64,000 nt of DNA from contig JAGIQG010000014.1 in assembly GCA_024679065.1 (NCBI GenBank), positions 45,074,001-45,138,000 of the forward strand, written 5' to 3'. Below, one piece after another: positions 12,751 to 26,672 of this stretch. The notes beneath the pieces are model-generated. The model worked only from the letters and a program-made list of their open reading frames with translations, was not told the DNA's origin and searched no databases. Both the position numbers and the translations under genes were made by a program. This DNA comes from Sphyrna mokarran (lineage: Eukaryota). The number at the start of each line of letters is the position of its first letter. The stretch's first letter is position 1.

Positions 12751-12849
12751 TATTGTGGGAAAATGTGAAGTTGTCAGACAAGAAAAGCAGAGCATTAATT
12801 AAATGGAGAGAGTGTACAAAATCTGAGCAACCTTGTACCTGTCATATTA

Positions 12850-13430
12850 CATAATAACAGAATTGTTATGGCATAGGAAGAAGCCATTTGACTCGTTGTG
12901 TCTGCACCAGCTCTCTAAATGAGCAATACACCTAGTTCCATTCTCCTGCTTTCACCTTGTAACCATTCACATTCTTTCTTTTCAAATAAGAGTCTAATTC
13001 CTTTTTGAATCCTTCAATTTAACCTGTTTCTACTAGACTGTCAGGCAGAGCATTCCAAACCCTCACCATTTGCTGCATGAAAACGTTTTGTTTTCATATC
13101 ATTATTGCTTCGTTTGCCAATTATTTTAAATCTGTGCATTCTTTCTCTTGATCCTTTCATGCTTCTCTCCATCTACTCTATGCACATACCTCATAATTTT
13201 GAAGATCTCTCTTAGCCTTCTTTTCATGCATCACAAAATGTTAACATGCAGATACAGCATAAAGTTAGGAAGACACAGAATGTTGGCCTTTGCTGCAAAG
13301 CGGAAGGAGCATAAAAATATGGAAGTCTTGCTTTTACTGTGTAGGGCATTAGTGAGACCATAGTTAGGGTACTGTGTAATGTTTTAGTCACCTTATTTAA
13401 GGAGGAACATAGTTTCATTGAACATAGTCT
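12850..13430. mobile_element. CR1 fragments in both orientations
   Basis: Reverse CR1 tail 12850-13225; forward MEVLLLLCRALVRP fragment 13225-13430. Confidence 0.7.
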
Positions 13431-13548
13431 CTATTGCTCGCTGGATAAGATAATTTAAACATTAACCTCATTTCTTTTCGACAAGAAGAAATATCTCTTT
13501 ATCTTTGTCTTAAATAGAAGACCCTTATTTTCAGTTCTAGACAGTTCT

Positions 13549-13838
13549 AGGGCGGCACGGTTGTTAGCACTGATACGTCACAGTGCCAGAACTTGGGTTC
13601 TATTCTTGGCTTGGGTCACTGTCTTTGCAGATTCTGCATGTTCTCCCCGTGGGTTTTCTCGTGGTGCTCTGGTTTCCTCCCACTGTCTGCAAGATGCATA
13701 GGTTAGGTGCGTTTGCCATGCTAAATTCTCCCTCAGGTATCTGAACAGATGCCTGTGTGTGGTGACTAGAGGATTTTCACAGTACCTTCAATGCAGTCTT
13801 AATGTAAGCCTACTTGTGACACTAATAAATAAACTTTA
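13549..13838 (+). mobile_element. Full-length V-SINE-like element inserted in a reverse CR1
   Basis: gggcggcacgg..ttagcactg head, V-domain, tail gtaagcctacttgtgacactaataaataaacttt. Confidence 0.85.
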
Positions 13839-13901
13839 GGCTCCCCCAGGAGGGGAAACATTCTCTCGTCACCTACCCTTCAAATCCCCTCAGAATCCTG
13901 T

Positions 13902-14103
13902 GGGCAGAATTTTGCAGACTTCCCGCTGCATTTTTCACAGTGGTGGAAATGGCCTGCCATTGACCAGCAGCAGGAATCTTTGGTCCCATTGCTATCAATA
14001 GGGTTTCCTTTTGCAATCCCACCACCAGGCAGCCCAGTGTGGGTTTCTCCATCAGTGGGACCTAAAGATCCTGTCAGTGGAAATGCCAGAAGATTTCAGC
14101 CCA
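13902..14103. mobile_element. GC-rich MITE with GGGC..AATTTT-type terminal inverted repeats
   Basis: Starts tgggcagaattttg and ends agatttcagccca; interrupts a CR1 that resumes after it. Confidence 0.55.
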
Positions 14104-14244
14104 TTTGCTTCAATAAGATCACCTCTCATTCTTCTAAACTCTAATGAATATAAAGGCCCAACATGATCAACCTTTCTTCATCAGACAACTCCTATTCCCA
14201 GGAACCTCTTCTGAAATTCAGAAAGGAAGGTATGGAAAATCCTG

Positions 14245-14615
14245 CCCATAGAATTCTGAAAGGGTTTGACAGGGTAGATGGTAAGAGAATGCTTCCATTT
14301 GTGGGGAAATCTGGAACTGGGGCAAAGTTTAAAACTAGGGGTCTTCCATTTAAAACAGAGATGAAGAGGAATTCCTTCTGGTCAAGGGTCTTTAATGTTT
14401 AAATTCTCTTATCTAGTGAGCAGTGGAGGCTGGGCCATTGAATGTATTTGAGACTCAGCTAGACATATTTTTGATTGACAAGGAAGTTAGAAGTTATGAG
14501 AATAAGCAGGAAAGTGGAGTTAAGGCTCCAATTAGATTAGCCATCATATTATTCCATGGTGAAACAGGCTCCAGGGACTGAATGGTCTACTCCTGTTCTG
14601 ATTTTTAATGTTCTC
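14245..14615 (+). mobile_element. CR1 3' end
   Basis: ILKGFDRVDGKRMLP..FKTEMKRNSF; canonical tail gaatggtctactcctgttct. Confidence 0.8.
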
Positions 14616-15155
14616 ATAGCCTCTTAAATATTGCACCAGCATCCTCACCTCTACTTTCTTTTTCTTGCCCTTGTTCTTCAATTGAACATTCCCTGTGCCT
14701 CCCCTAAATTAAGTGGTCACCCGCTGTGAAATGGCAAACAGTTAGCCAACACATGACTGAGCAGAAGCGGAACCATTTTCTGTAGCCTTGATTCAGAATG
14801 TAGCAGATAATGTTAGCTGCATCAACCTCTCACTAATACTGTATTCTGTCCAAAAGATAGAATTGTGTAGGGATGTAATTACATTACAAAACCAGTGAGT
14901 GGCAGTGCTTTAATCTGTTTGCCTTTACAGTAAACGGAATTGAAATATTTTTATTCAAACCACTATTTAGATATCACTATTCCAAATACATTATCAATAA
15001 TTAACAATGCTTTTTATCAAACTCCTACTCCAGTTGTAAACCTCAAAATTCCCTTGTGTTCTCCCTGAAGAATTTTTGTCTTCCTCCTTTTACCTGTCCA
15101 TTCGTGGGACCAGAAGACTTTGTGGGCAGGAACAGCTTGATAATTCTGGCCTATG

Positions 15156-15719
15156 GATGGGCACATGAACAGAATGGGAATGGAGGGGTATAGAAAACTG
15201 ATTTAAAATAGGGATCATGAGCCTTGGGAGTCCCTGGGAAGTGTGTAAATAGATGATGATATTGATGTACTTGTTTTTATCCTACAGGTGCTTTGGTCCG
15301 CCTTGTTGTCTAACAAGGGGCATACACGCGATGGGTCGTGGGAAGATTTTTTTTGAGAGTATCCTAGTGCTTCATGTCGTTAGTGTACACTTGACCTGGA
15401 CCATTTGATGGGCAACATGGCAGCTCAATGACTATCTCTGTGTTGTGCAGATACATGGATTTGGGCCTGTGTCTGTGGGAGTTTGCACATTCTCTCCGTG
15501 CTTGCGTCCGGGTGCTCCGGTTTCCTCCCACATCCCAAAAATATGCTCTTAGGCTAATTGGCAGAACAAATTCTCCCTAAATTGTCTCAAATTTGGTTTC
15601 AATCCATAGATGTATAAACATACTCAGGGATCACGGGTAGAGGTGGAAACATCGGGGTGGTGGTGCGGGCTCGTTGGGCCGAAGGGCCTGTTTCCTGTGC
15701 TGTTTTGTTCTTTGTTCTT
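15156..15719 (+). mobile_element. CR1/V-SINE composite, copy B (5'-truncated)
   Basis: Highly similar to 8923-9500; ends in (GTTCTTT)n. Confidence 0.85.
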
Positions 15720-15727
15720 ATGTGTTT

Positions 15728-16017
15728 CATTGAATCCTTATAATGTAGAAGGAGGCCATTCGAGCTATTGAGTCTGCACCGTCAGCAATCCCATCGAGGT
15801 CCCATCCCTGTTACTCCAAGTATTTATCCCACTTATCTCCCTGACACTAAGGGGCAATTTACCATGGCCCATTAGCCTAACTCACACATCTTTGGACTGT
15901 GGGAGGAAATAAGAGCAAGTGTACAAACTCCACACAGACAGTGACCCAAGATTGGGATCAAACCTGAGTCCCTGGCACTCTGAGGCAGCAGTGCTATTCA
16001 CTGCACCACCATGCCAT
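15728..16017 (-). mobile_element. HE1-like V-SINE
   Basis: Reverse tail gaatcc.tac..tg.agaaggaggccattc, V-domain, and tRNA head gaggcagcagtgcta. Confidence 0.8.
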
Positions 16018-17009
16018 CCTATTTCATTAAGATCACCTCTCATTCTTCTGAATGCCAATAAATATAGGCTTGACTTGGTCAACCTTTCTTCAATAGACAA
16101 CCCAGAAATCAGCCAAGGGAACCTTCTCTGAACTACTTCCAATGAAAATATGTCCTCCTGCTAGAGTAGAATTTCTTACACAGAAATGTTTCATCTTAAT
16201 ATTTGAAGAAACAATAAGACTGTGTGATTGCTTCTCTTGGGTATACCCCATTTGTCAGTCAAAACATACTGCCTTTTGCAATTCATCACTGAATTCTTGG
16301 TAGTTAAAATATTCTCCACAATCCTGGAACAACACACTTTCTGATATCTGTATATTAAGAGTATATCTGTACATGTGGGGTTAATTTGGGACTGAATACA
16401 ATATCACCCACATAGTGATGTAAGACAGCAGGTGGACAGAGCTATGTGTATCAGTAAGCATGGAGAGACATCCTAGATGGTATCCTTAGAAAGCTCCAAG
16501 GTAATGAAGTCATGGAATTAACCTACATGTGACTCTAAAAACTTAATCAGATGTCCCAAACTGTAACCAGCACCCAACTGTAACCAGCATCCTACAACAA
16601 TGTTCACTCTCTAGCTTTCCCATTGGCAGCATATTTTTTCAGCAATGACTCTTTCAGCAGAGGTAGTTTTATATTTAAAGAATAACCTGCTGGCTCCTCA
16701 TGGGTGTCACCCTCAACTTGTTCTGAAGAACAGGTTAAAATAGTAGCTGGATTGATATGGGATGCTGGTGGGTGAGATCCATTAATTTGAACTTATTAGC
16801 ATTTAATCACCACAGTTATTTTTGTTAAACTTTGACATTAGCCAAGGAAGATAAAGAGAAATGTAATAATGGTGTTTATTCCTTTGAGATTTTTCAGGTA
16901 GAACCAAAGGATTAATTATTTCAAGTGCTTGCATTTGTTTTTACACTCTATTTGATACTGTTTCTTGCAAGTACATATTTCCCAGTAGGAGAAAGATTCA
17001 AAGATACTG

Positions 17010-18720
17010 AACAAATGAATTAGAAGCTGGAAAAGGCCATTTGGCCCCTTAAGCTTGGACCATCCGATAAGATCAAGGCTTTTTTATTTCTGTCCTCCAT
17101 AATTCTTGTTGATCAAAAATCTAAAAGTCCTGAATATTTTCAATGAACCAGCCTCTACTTCTTTCTGACAAAGACAATTTCACAGACTACCGAACTCTAA
17201 TGTTCAAACTGTGTCCTTTAATTATAGACTCTTCCGCGAGTGGAAATATTTGGGTGTAACTACCTTGGAGTATCAATCAACATTAGATTGTTGCTTTGTG
17301 CTTTAATTGTAATTACCATTTGTGGATTTTTTTCCATGCTTGTCTCACCTGACTTTCTGACTCAGGCCAGGTGAAATCCAGTCCTCTAGATCCAGAGCTG
17401 CAGTCCACCAAGTTAGATTGAAGAAGGACAGACCCCTTTTTTATTACACTTATCTGACATAAACCAGGAAAGTCAAAGGTCCAATTGAAATTGTCAAGCC
17501 AGGGAAAAGGTAAGCAAATAGGGTTTCATGGGTGGTGGGACTGAGGGGTGGGGGGTAGGAAATACCATGGAGAGTTACTTTCCATGTTTCTATGTAACAA
17601 ACTAGAAGCATGAGTAGGTCGTTCAGCCCTGCGAGCCTGCTCCACCATTCATTTTGATTGAAGCTTATCATTGAATTCAATATCTTGACCCCTCCATATC
17701 TCTTGATCCCAATGTCTCAAGACATTACCTGCAATCCTATGAGCTTTATCTTTATATAGTAGCCTGTTACATGAGACTTTGTCAAAAGCTTACTGGAAGT
17801 CTAAATAAATTACATCCACTGATTCTCCTTAGTCAACGCTACTAGTTATATCCTCAAAAAAATTCCAATAGATTTGTCAAGCAAGATTCTCCTTTTGTAA
17901 ATCCATGTTGACTTTGTTGATTATATCACTGTCTTCCAAATGCCAAGTTATGAAATCCTTGACAATAGACTCGAGCAACTTACCCAGTATTAAAGTTTAT
18001 AGTTCCCTGTTTTCTCTCTACCAATAAGATCACCTCTCATTCTGCAAAACTCCCAAGGGTAGCAGCCCAACTTGCTCAATCAATCAAATTAACTTCACTG
18101 AGTTGCATCTAATACAATTATATATTTTATTAAGTAAGCAGCTCAAGACTGTACACATGACTTCAGATGCAGTCTCGCTAAAGGTGCTATACAGCAGGCG
18201 TAACACTTCAGTACTTTTATACTCTATTCCCCTTGCAATTAATATCAACATTCCATTTGCCTTCCTAATCACTTGCTTTACTTGCATACTAATCTTTTGT
18301 GATTCATATACCAAGACACACAGATCTCTATGTTGTTCAGAGTTCTGCAGTCTCTCCCCATTCAAATAATCTACTGTTTTTATGCTCTTTGTGCTAAAGT
18401 GGACGAGTTCTCAGTTTCCCATATCAGTTTCTGCATCTACCAAATCTTTCCCCACTTGCTTAACCTATCTATATCCCTTTATGAAGAGGACATCAAGAGT
18501 TCACAGCTTATTTTCCTACATCTCTTTCTCATCAGAAAATTTAGCTACAATACATTCGGTCTCTTCACCTAATCATTGAAACTAATCATAAATAGTTGAG
18601 GGTCCAACACTGATTCTGTGGCACTCCATCAGTAACAGCTTGCCAATGTGAAAATGACCCATTTATTCTTACTCTCAGTTTCCTGTTGGGTAACTGATCC
18701 TCTATCCATCCTAATATATT
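17010..18720 (-). mobile_element. Cluster of reverse CR1 fragments
   Basis: MNGERLQNSEQHRDLCVLVYESQKISMQVKQVIRKANGML..RGIEYKS; RT pieces at 17775-17910. Confidence 0.8.
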
Positions 18721-19959
18721 ATTGAATCATACTGCTTAGCCAAAAATTGAGAGCATGGAACACTAAAAGAAAATCTGATCAGAAACATAAAAGTTGCTAG
18801 TTGTTTGGTTAAGAAGTCTTTGACTTCTTGCAGTCTTACAGTATTATGAAGATATAAATTTCAGGAAAACCATATAACTGGCCAGATAGGCCAGAGTGGA
18901 GGCAGAGTAAAGCTTTTGTTAGAGTTGCAAGATAAATTTCCCAAGAATAGCTAGATGAAGTCATTCAATTTGTGCATTGCAAGACTAAAAGTATAGTAAG
19001 GCAGCAATCAAGGAAGCATCCTGGAAAGATAATATTTGCTGTTTTCCAGTCCCCACTGCGGCAGGAAGAGGTCCACATGTGGGAAGAATGCGCAATTCAG
19101 GTGAGGCAATGCTATGGCAGTGGCAAGTTACACCATTCTAAAATGGTCTGCATTTCCAGGAAATCTGTGTTTAAAGACTGGAGGAGAAATGCTGAAGGCA
19201 CCTCTGTTCAAGAATTTCATGACTTTGAAAACCAAGAAATCATCTTCCTAGGAGAAATAAAGGAAAAATAAAGCTCTAATATTAGAGTGCTAACACTGAT
19301 GTAAGCAGGCTAGACACAGCAGCTGGTATCTCGGTGATATCTGTCATAACTTCATGGCTGAATGAAACGACACTGCTATTGTTCTCCATTCAACTCCAAG
19401 GAAGACAGGAAGATATTGCACATCTTTCACTTCCATTTGGGGCAGGCTATAAGAAGCAGAAACAGAATGCAGCAAGACAATATTCTAGACCTTTATTGCT
19501 TTTTAAGGAAAGAGTGCAAGAGAATGAAGCCACTGTAAAAGCAGACGATCTGTTGGAAAAAGAGGTTCTGGACTTTATTACAATTTCTGACTAGTGCCAA
19601 TAATTCTGAAGTCTTTGTTGCCTCTTTCAAGGAGAATTATCCTCTTGTTGAAGAAAGTAATAAACAGATGAGAAGTTTCTGCCTATCTACTCTATCTATG
19701 CCCTTCATAATTTTATACATCATGTTCCCCCTCCGTCTCCTCTGTTTGAAGGAAAACAACCCCAGGCTTTTCTGTGATTATCATAAGAAAATATCTAACA
19801 TTAAACTTTAATGGTACTAACTGTTCACACATCATGAATTCCAAAATTACGTGGAGAGTGAGGTCATTTTTATTACAAAACAGATATGTGAACCACGACA
19901 AAATATCAAAATTCTTATGTGGCCCACTATGTGAAAATTATTATCCATCTCTAAGTTTG

Positions 19960-20255
19960 ATACAACTGAGGGGCATTTCAAGGAGCATTTATGAGTCAAC
20001 CACATGTGGGCCAAACCTGGTAAGGATGGTAGATTTCCTTCCCTAGATATTGTTAGTGAACTAGGTGGGCTTTTATGACAATTGACAATGGTTTCTTGGT
20101 CACCACTACTGAGATTAACATTATCATTCAAGGTTTAATAATTGAATTTAAAATCCACCAGCTGGCATGGTGAGATTTGAACCTGTGTGTGCCCCCAGAG
20201 CATTAGCCTGGGCCTCTGGATTACTAGTCCAGTGACATCACCAAATCACCTCCCT
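19960..20255 (-). mobile_element. DeuSINE / SacSINE1-like element
   Basis: gagtcaaccacat..ggtaaggatggtagatttccttcccta; homologous to the 7152 copy. Confidence 0.72.
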
Positions 20256-21649
20256 ATTGCTTGAACTGAAGCTATTTGAACTGAACCTTTATAATAATTA
20301 TAGTACAAATATGTCTGCAAAGCATTTTCACTGCTGCACATGCTGGTTCTCTGCAAAGCCATGGAGAGGAATAGCAAATTGAAAATGCGTGCAAATTGAA
20401 AATGCGTACAAAGTGCATGTTTCATTTTAGCTGGTTCCTTCGTGCGATGGGATTTGTACAGTGATTAATTGAACCATTTAGTATCTGCCAGACATACTTA
20501 ATATCACAGGGCCAAAAGTCACACAATCAAATTGTGATGTCACTGAGTAGAAAACAATTGAAACATGTTACCTTAAGCGATGCCGTCTGCTGTTTTTATA
20601 CAGACTCCATCATTATAAATGTTACTCTTCTGCTCCACCTTTTATTTTCATAGCAGATACAAAAGCATTTGTCCTTCTTAAATACATTTATAGATATATT
20701 TTAGTTTTAATTTGTAAATTTCTTTGCAGCATTACGGCTATCAGTATCAAAATCAAGTAGTGAACGTATAATTAATTGCAGCATCGTTTTCGATTGCTAT
20801 GATCATGAGTTCGAACTGAGCAGTGTCTGATCAGTTGAGTTTATCATACCTTTTGCCAATATCCAGAGTCCATAGACTGTTGAGGAAATGTCATCTTATA
20901 TAAAATTTGGCAGATCGTGTAGCTGCAGATTTTGTTGGCTGAGCCACAGTGTGGCACTGGTGCTCCAGTTGGAGACGTTGTTAGCAGTTTAAGATAGAAA
21001 AATTGATGTTGATGTGAAAGACAGAGGCGAATAGCAGTCAAGAAAGATCAAAGCATTAAGTATGGTAGGAAAATTTGAAGATATATTTTGCTATGTCCTG
21101 TTATTCCAGGGTTTGTCGAGCACTGGCCTTCAGAACAAAGGTTATGGATCACTGTCTTTCAAAGAGTGCATTCAAGCTTTAATCGTTGCAAGATGGAGCA
21201 AATGAGCTTTGGTGAAGAAGGAGTAACCTGTCTGCAGTACTTTTGTTGCACTATCAATCTTTGAGCGTTTTTCATGATTTTGAGGCTTGATTTGCAGTTC
21301 CTGACTGAGTTTAGTATAGCTGTAAGTGCCACATCCAAACATGACCATGTTTTGTATGAATTAATCAGAGAGTAGTCAATACAAAACCACATGAATTATC
21401 TTAACTATTATTAATAAAGGCTCAAAGTGAATTGACACATCAGATTTTGTCAAGATTTTTAGGTCACATCAGGAGCAGGCTTCGTAGTTCTATTTTGGGA
21501 ATAGGAACAGAGGTAGGCGGAGATGAAAATATTGATGTCAGCTAACATGCCAGTTTATCAGCACCACCTGTACCCAGTGTGCAAAGATGTTGGTCCCATT
21601 GCTAAATTCATGAAGTACATGTTTTGGACATCTAAAGTACTAGATCCCT

Positions 21650-22630
21650 TACATAAGAACAAAGCACAGTACAGCATAGGAACATATCCTTCGGCCCACC
21701 AAGCCTGCGCTGACAAATGACGTCTTTCTAAACTAAAGACCATTTGCCTCAAAGCAGTCCACATTCCTCTATTTGCTGCCTACCTGTCAACATGTCTCTT
21801 AAACATGTATCTGCTTCTACCATCTCCTTTGACAGCACATTCCGGGCACTCACCACCTGCTGTGTATATAAAAAAAAACCTTGCCTCTCACATCTCCTTT
21901 AAATCCCCTCAAACTTGCGTCCTCTAGTAATTGACATTTCTATCCTGGGGAAGAGACTCTGACTATCCATTCTATCCATTGTAGCTTTGTAAACTGCAAT
22001 CAGATCACCCCTCAGCCTTTGACATTCAATTTCTCTTCATAGCTAATCCTTTCCAAACCAGGCACCATCCTGATAAACCTTTTCGCTACCCTCTCCAAAG
22101 CTCCATATTCTTCTGGTAGTGTGGTGACCAGAACTGTATGGGATATTCCAAATGTGGCCTAACTAAAATTCTAAATAGCACAACATGACTTGTCAATTTT
22201 TATACTCTATGCCCCAATGATGAAGGAAAGTGTGCCATACACCTTCTTGACTATCTTATCCATTTCTGTTGCCACTTTCAGGGAATTGTGGGGGTGTATG
22301 CTTTGATCTTTGATGTTAATGCTTCAAAGGATTCTGCCGTTTACTGTACCCTTCCGTCCTGCATTAGACTTTCCAAAATGTATCACCTCACGTGTGTGGA
22401 TTAAATTCCATCTGCCATTTCTCTGCCCAAGTCTCCAGACAATCAATATCCTGCTGCATCCTCGGGCAATCTTCCTTAATATTCACAGCTCCCCTAATCT
22501 TTCTGTTGTTCACAAACTTCCTAATCAAACCACCTACGTTCTACTGCAAATCATTTATAAATATTACAAACAACAGGGGTCTTAGCACTGATCCCTGCAA
22601 AACGTGGTCACAGATCTCCAGTCAGAAAAA
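21650..22630 (-). mobile_element. CR1 3' portion
   Basis: Reverse tail cataagaacaaagcacagtacagc; RT-region reverse motifs (ttaaattccatctgcca, gcactgatccctg). Confidence 0.8.
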
Positions 22631-24136
22631 CAAAAATGTAACGATGACTGGCTGAGTTGAGAATAATAACAGTTTATGTTTTGCTAACAAGATACATGGT
22701 GAGTCAAGGCAGATTGTTCCAGTTAATTCTAGTATTGACAATATCCAATTTTTTTGTTTGTTAATGATTTTTAGGATTCCCCAACAGATCTACCAATTGT
22801 CATTTTTTTTTAAATCAAAGATGGGTAAAAGTAACAATTTTATGTTCCAATTGGTGTTCTATTTGAGACCCAAACAGGATATCATGGGTTTCTGATATGG
22901 AATATCTGGAGTATTAACACATATTTTCAAATTACAATTAATCTAAGGGTTTTATGATCTTTATTTTAGAAGATTCTGTTTCTAGAAGCCTGGTTAGCTT
23001 ATTTTGTATTAGCTTTTTACCAGCATTCCATTTAAGAACTGAACTCCATTTCATTTTGCCAGTTTTCAAGATGAAATTCAATCTTAGGTCATTTCGCCAT
23101 ATAACCTTGAAGGCACCCTTCAGTCAGTTAATGGGACACTGTTCCTACAGTATTGTACAAACAAGAGAGGTTCTGGTGTCTGAATCGTAACAATTATTGC
23201 AGCTGAGAAGTCATTTCCAGTGAAGCACTTTGTTGTGTGCCGAAAATGTGAAAAGCACTGGTTATTTTCTTGTGTTAGTTTGTTAAGCCAATCAGTTAAT
23301 CAGGTGCAAATGTGATATCCATTTGCACAAACAATATTGGCAAAATTTTCTGACCTACTGCCGCTACGAGCAAGGACGACGAATTTGGCATTCAGCCAAA
23401 TCTCCGTTCACTGCAGTGGGATCAGAAAATTCCATCAATGTGAATGGCTGGAAAATTACGACCATTGCGTTTTCCCATAGGTTATATAAATTATGCATTA
23501 ATGTGATCAGTATTTTTATTCTTGTGCAGTTGGTCAGAAGACATTTTTTGCCAAATGTATTTGCTATGCCCATAACAGTTGGGCAGTTGCTTTTCTAAGG
23601 GAAATTCTTCCTTTATGCTATCTGGAAAGAAAAGGAACAGAGGAGTGGTGTCAGGTAGATGTGGCTGCATTGGAGACAGATGTAGTCTCCACATTTACAG
23701 GTGTGACCTTGTAACTGAATACAAAGATTCAGTAACATAAAAGTGCATTTATATAGTGCATTCAATGTAGAAAGTATCACTAATATGCTTTTCATAAGAG
23801 GAAGGAAAAGTAAAATGGGCGGTGATGGAGTGATCACTAAGTCTTGGAGAGGTCTTCAAAAAATTGGTTGAAAAAATGATTTTTGACGAGTTTTTGAAGG
23901 TAAACTTTGACAAGCTTTTGAAGGTAGAGAGAAAAACGGAAAAGGGGGCAGTTCATACAGAGAGATGATTCCAAAGAGTCTTATTGAAGCAGTTGAAAGC
24001 TCTGCCACCAGTGGTGAAACAAAGGAACAAGGAAATGCAATAATGACCAAAGTTGGATGACTGAAGGATACAGCATGGAATTAGAACTGGTTGAGGTTGC
24101 AGAACCAGATATGGACTGCTGTTGGAGAATGTTGGA

Positions 24137-24195
24137 CACAGTAAGAAGTCTCACAACACTGTTTACACCAGTCCAACGCTAGCATTTCTACATCC
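24137..24195 (+). mobile_element. Minimal Penelope footprint (short inverted end plus tail) with target duplication
   Basis: cagtaagaagtctcacaaca plus ctgtttacaccagtccaacgctagcatttctacatc; direct repeat ggagaatgttggaYacag at 24124-24141 and 24196-24213. Confidence 0.7.
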
Positions 24196-24487
24196 GGAGA
24201 ATGTTGGATACAGGGATTTTAAGATGAGGATGAAAAAAGGTCTAGATAACTTTTGCAAAAGATAAAAACAGTTCATCTCCATATGAAGTGATTTCCTTTT
24301 AAGTTGTCACAACCCTTTCAAGGTACTAATAATCACTTGATAGATGTGCTAGTTAGCTTTCAACCACTAAATTTAAAATGAACTTGTAAAATTATGCAGG
24401 GTCAGCATACTGACAGGTGCTTTCACAGGTGATCGACACTTGAACAGAAAAGTCTGTCCCACTGTTTTAATCCTTTTCTCTGTTCTC

Positions 24488-24790
24488 ATAGAATGATAGA
24501 ATCCCTACAGTGCAGGAGGAGATCATTTGACCCATTGAGTCCTCACCAACCACAATCACACCTAGCCCCTATTTCTGTAGCCCCATGTATTTACCCTGTT
24601 AGCCCCCGCTGACACTAAGAGGCAATTTACCATGACCAATCAACCTAACCCACACATCTTTGGACTATGGGAGGAAATCCTCGCAGACATGAGGAAAATG
24701 TGCAAACTCCGCACAGATAGTGATCCAAGCCAGGAATCGAACTTGTGTCTCTGGCACTGTGAGGCAGCAGTGCTAACCACTGTACCACCC
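24488..24790 (-). mobile_element. HE1-like V-SINE
   Basis: catagaatgatagaatccctacagtgcag tail; ctggcactgtgaggcagcagtgctaaccactgt head. Confidence 0.85.
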
Positions 24791-25534
24791 AATCTATTGC
24801 CACCCAATCTATATTTTGATCTATTGACAATGTTTTTTTCCAGATTAAATTGAACTGTTGTAAAACATTTCATATTTTAGTTAGAGAGTAAACACTATTT
24901 GTTTTTCATTGTGTCTTTCTCAGTTAATGAAATTTGTTTTAAAATCAATTGATTCAGAAGAGGGAGATAGTTGATTAAATAATTTCTGTTACTATCCACC
25001 ACAAATAATTCATTTGTGTGAAATCCAGTTGCATTATCCCATACTGAATTGTCAAGGAACTAATTGTACAGAAAATAATGAGTGAGGGAGGTAAAAAAAC
25101 CCTTGTGGGATGGCTGTCACAGATGGGAACAAGACTCCTTTCCACCTTTCAGCCTAAAGGTCTGAAAGACGAGGCTTTTCCCTGCCCATCATATTATGGC
25201 AGCAGATGTAGAATGAGGCCATTAACTGTCCATTTATTAAACAAGATAATTTATTTTTAAATGTCACGACAGGCACAAGGATGGGTGGGCTGGCCTTACT
25301 CACCCATGGTATAATGGAGGACAGTTCAGTGGTGCACAGCAAGGTAGTGGGGTGGCACCCATTCTATTTCACTTGTCCCCCTACCACCTGCAAGTATATT
25401 AGTGGGAGTCTGACAAATCCCCCTTCAAATGAATGCAAGTTGTTGTTACTAGCAAAGGACAGATTCTCAATGCATCTGAACTGTTTCTATTTCTGACTAT
25501 AATGCATCTATTGTTAAAAACATTTCTACTCTAG

Positions 25535-25810
<276 letters not shown>

Positions 25811-25863
25811 TAAGTTTGTGCATATTACTGGAAATTCATTTTCATCATTGGTTTACTAACTGC

Positions 25864-26084
25864 TTCTCCGGGAGCTCCAGTTTCCTCCCACATCCCAAAG
25901 ATGTGCTCTTAGGCTAATTGGCAAAACATTCTCCCTAAATTGTCTCAAATTTGGTTTTTAATCCATAGATCTATAAACATGGACAGGGATCGCAGGTAGA
26001 GATGGGAACATTGGGGTGGCGGCGCGGGCTCGTTGGGCCGAAGGGCCTGTTTCCCGTGCTGTTTTGTTCTTTGTTCTTTGTTCT
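25864..26084 (+). mobile_element. CR1/V-SINE composite, copy C (shortest)
   Basis: Matches the last ~220 nt of copies A and B; (GTTCTTT)n tail; ~55 nt downstream of the exon B donor. Confidence 0.85.
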
Positions 26085-26260
26085 ACCAACTATTGGAATC
26101 GATATTTGAATGAAGATAAATACCATTGAAGTTTATTTATAAGTGGACCCGTTCATTTGTGCTATAACCATTAACTATTTGCATTAAAGCCAGACTGCCT
26201 TGTTTATTTTGGGCAGAAACAGCTGTAATAAGAGTCAGAACATTTCTAAATTATTGACAG

Positions 26261-26345
26261 CAGTCTGGAAGAAGAGTCATTTCACAATTGGTTTTCTCTC
26301 TCCACAGATGCTACCAGTCCTGCTGAGTATTTCCAGCACTTTCTG
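26261..26345 (+). mobile_element. Short degraded remnant of a second Penelope-type pseudo-LTR family
   Basis: ctggaagaagagtc... followed by ctctctccacagatgct.ccag.cctgctgagtatttccagca, a pattern I associate with fish/shark PLE ends; hammerhead core broken. Confidence 0.45.
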
Positions 26346-26672
26346 GTCTAAGCCACTCAGGCAGAAAAGTAGATTAAAGTTGTTAGCTTTTCCTTCGTCA
26401 CAGTATCAGTGATTTTCTGAAAGTAACTGCACAAATTTTTGACTGATTGTCATTGACAGAAAACTCAATGCCTTTTCTTCACCTGTCTGCAATGAGTGAG
26501 AAAGAGAGTTTCATTAAGATGAATCACTCAGCAAAAAGGGAATGGAAACAGAGAAATTTTACACTTGCATTACATGGTAGTAGCTATTGCATTAGGCAGG
26601 CAAATCACATTTACATAACTGCCCTCTCTGTTAGCAATGGGGATTGTAGTATATAAATTCTGTCCTCATGTT

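Noticed and set aside
16555-16590. Short tandem duplications (also 20376-20410 and 24786-24812)
   Set aside because: Two-copy 15-17-bp slippage or target duplications with no array structure.
20888-21205. Short ATG-initiated frames as an alternative first coding exon
   Set aside because: They stop before any suitable donor or give the wrong phase for exon B.
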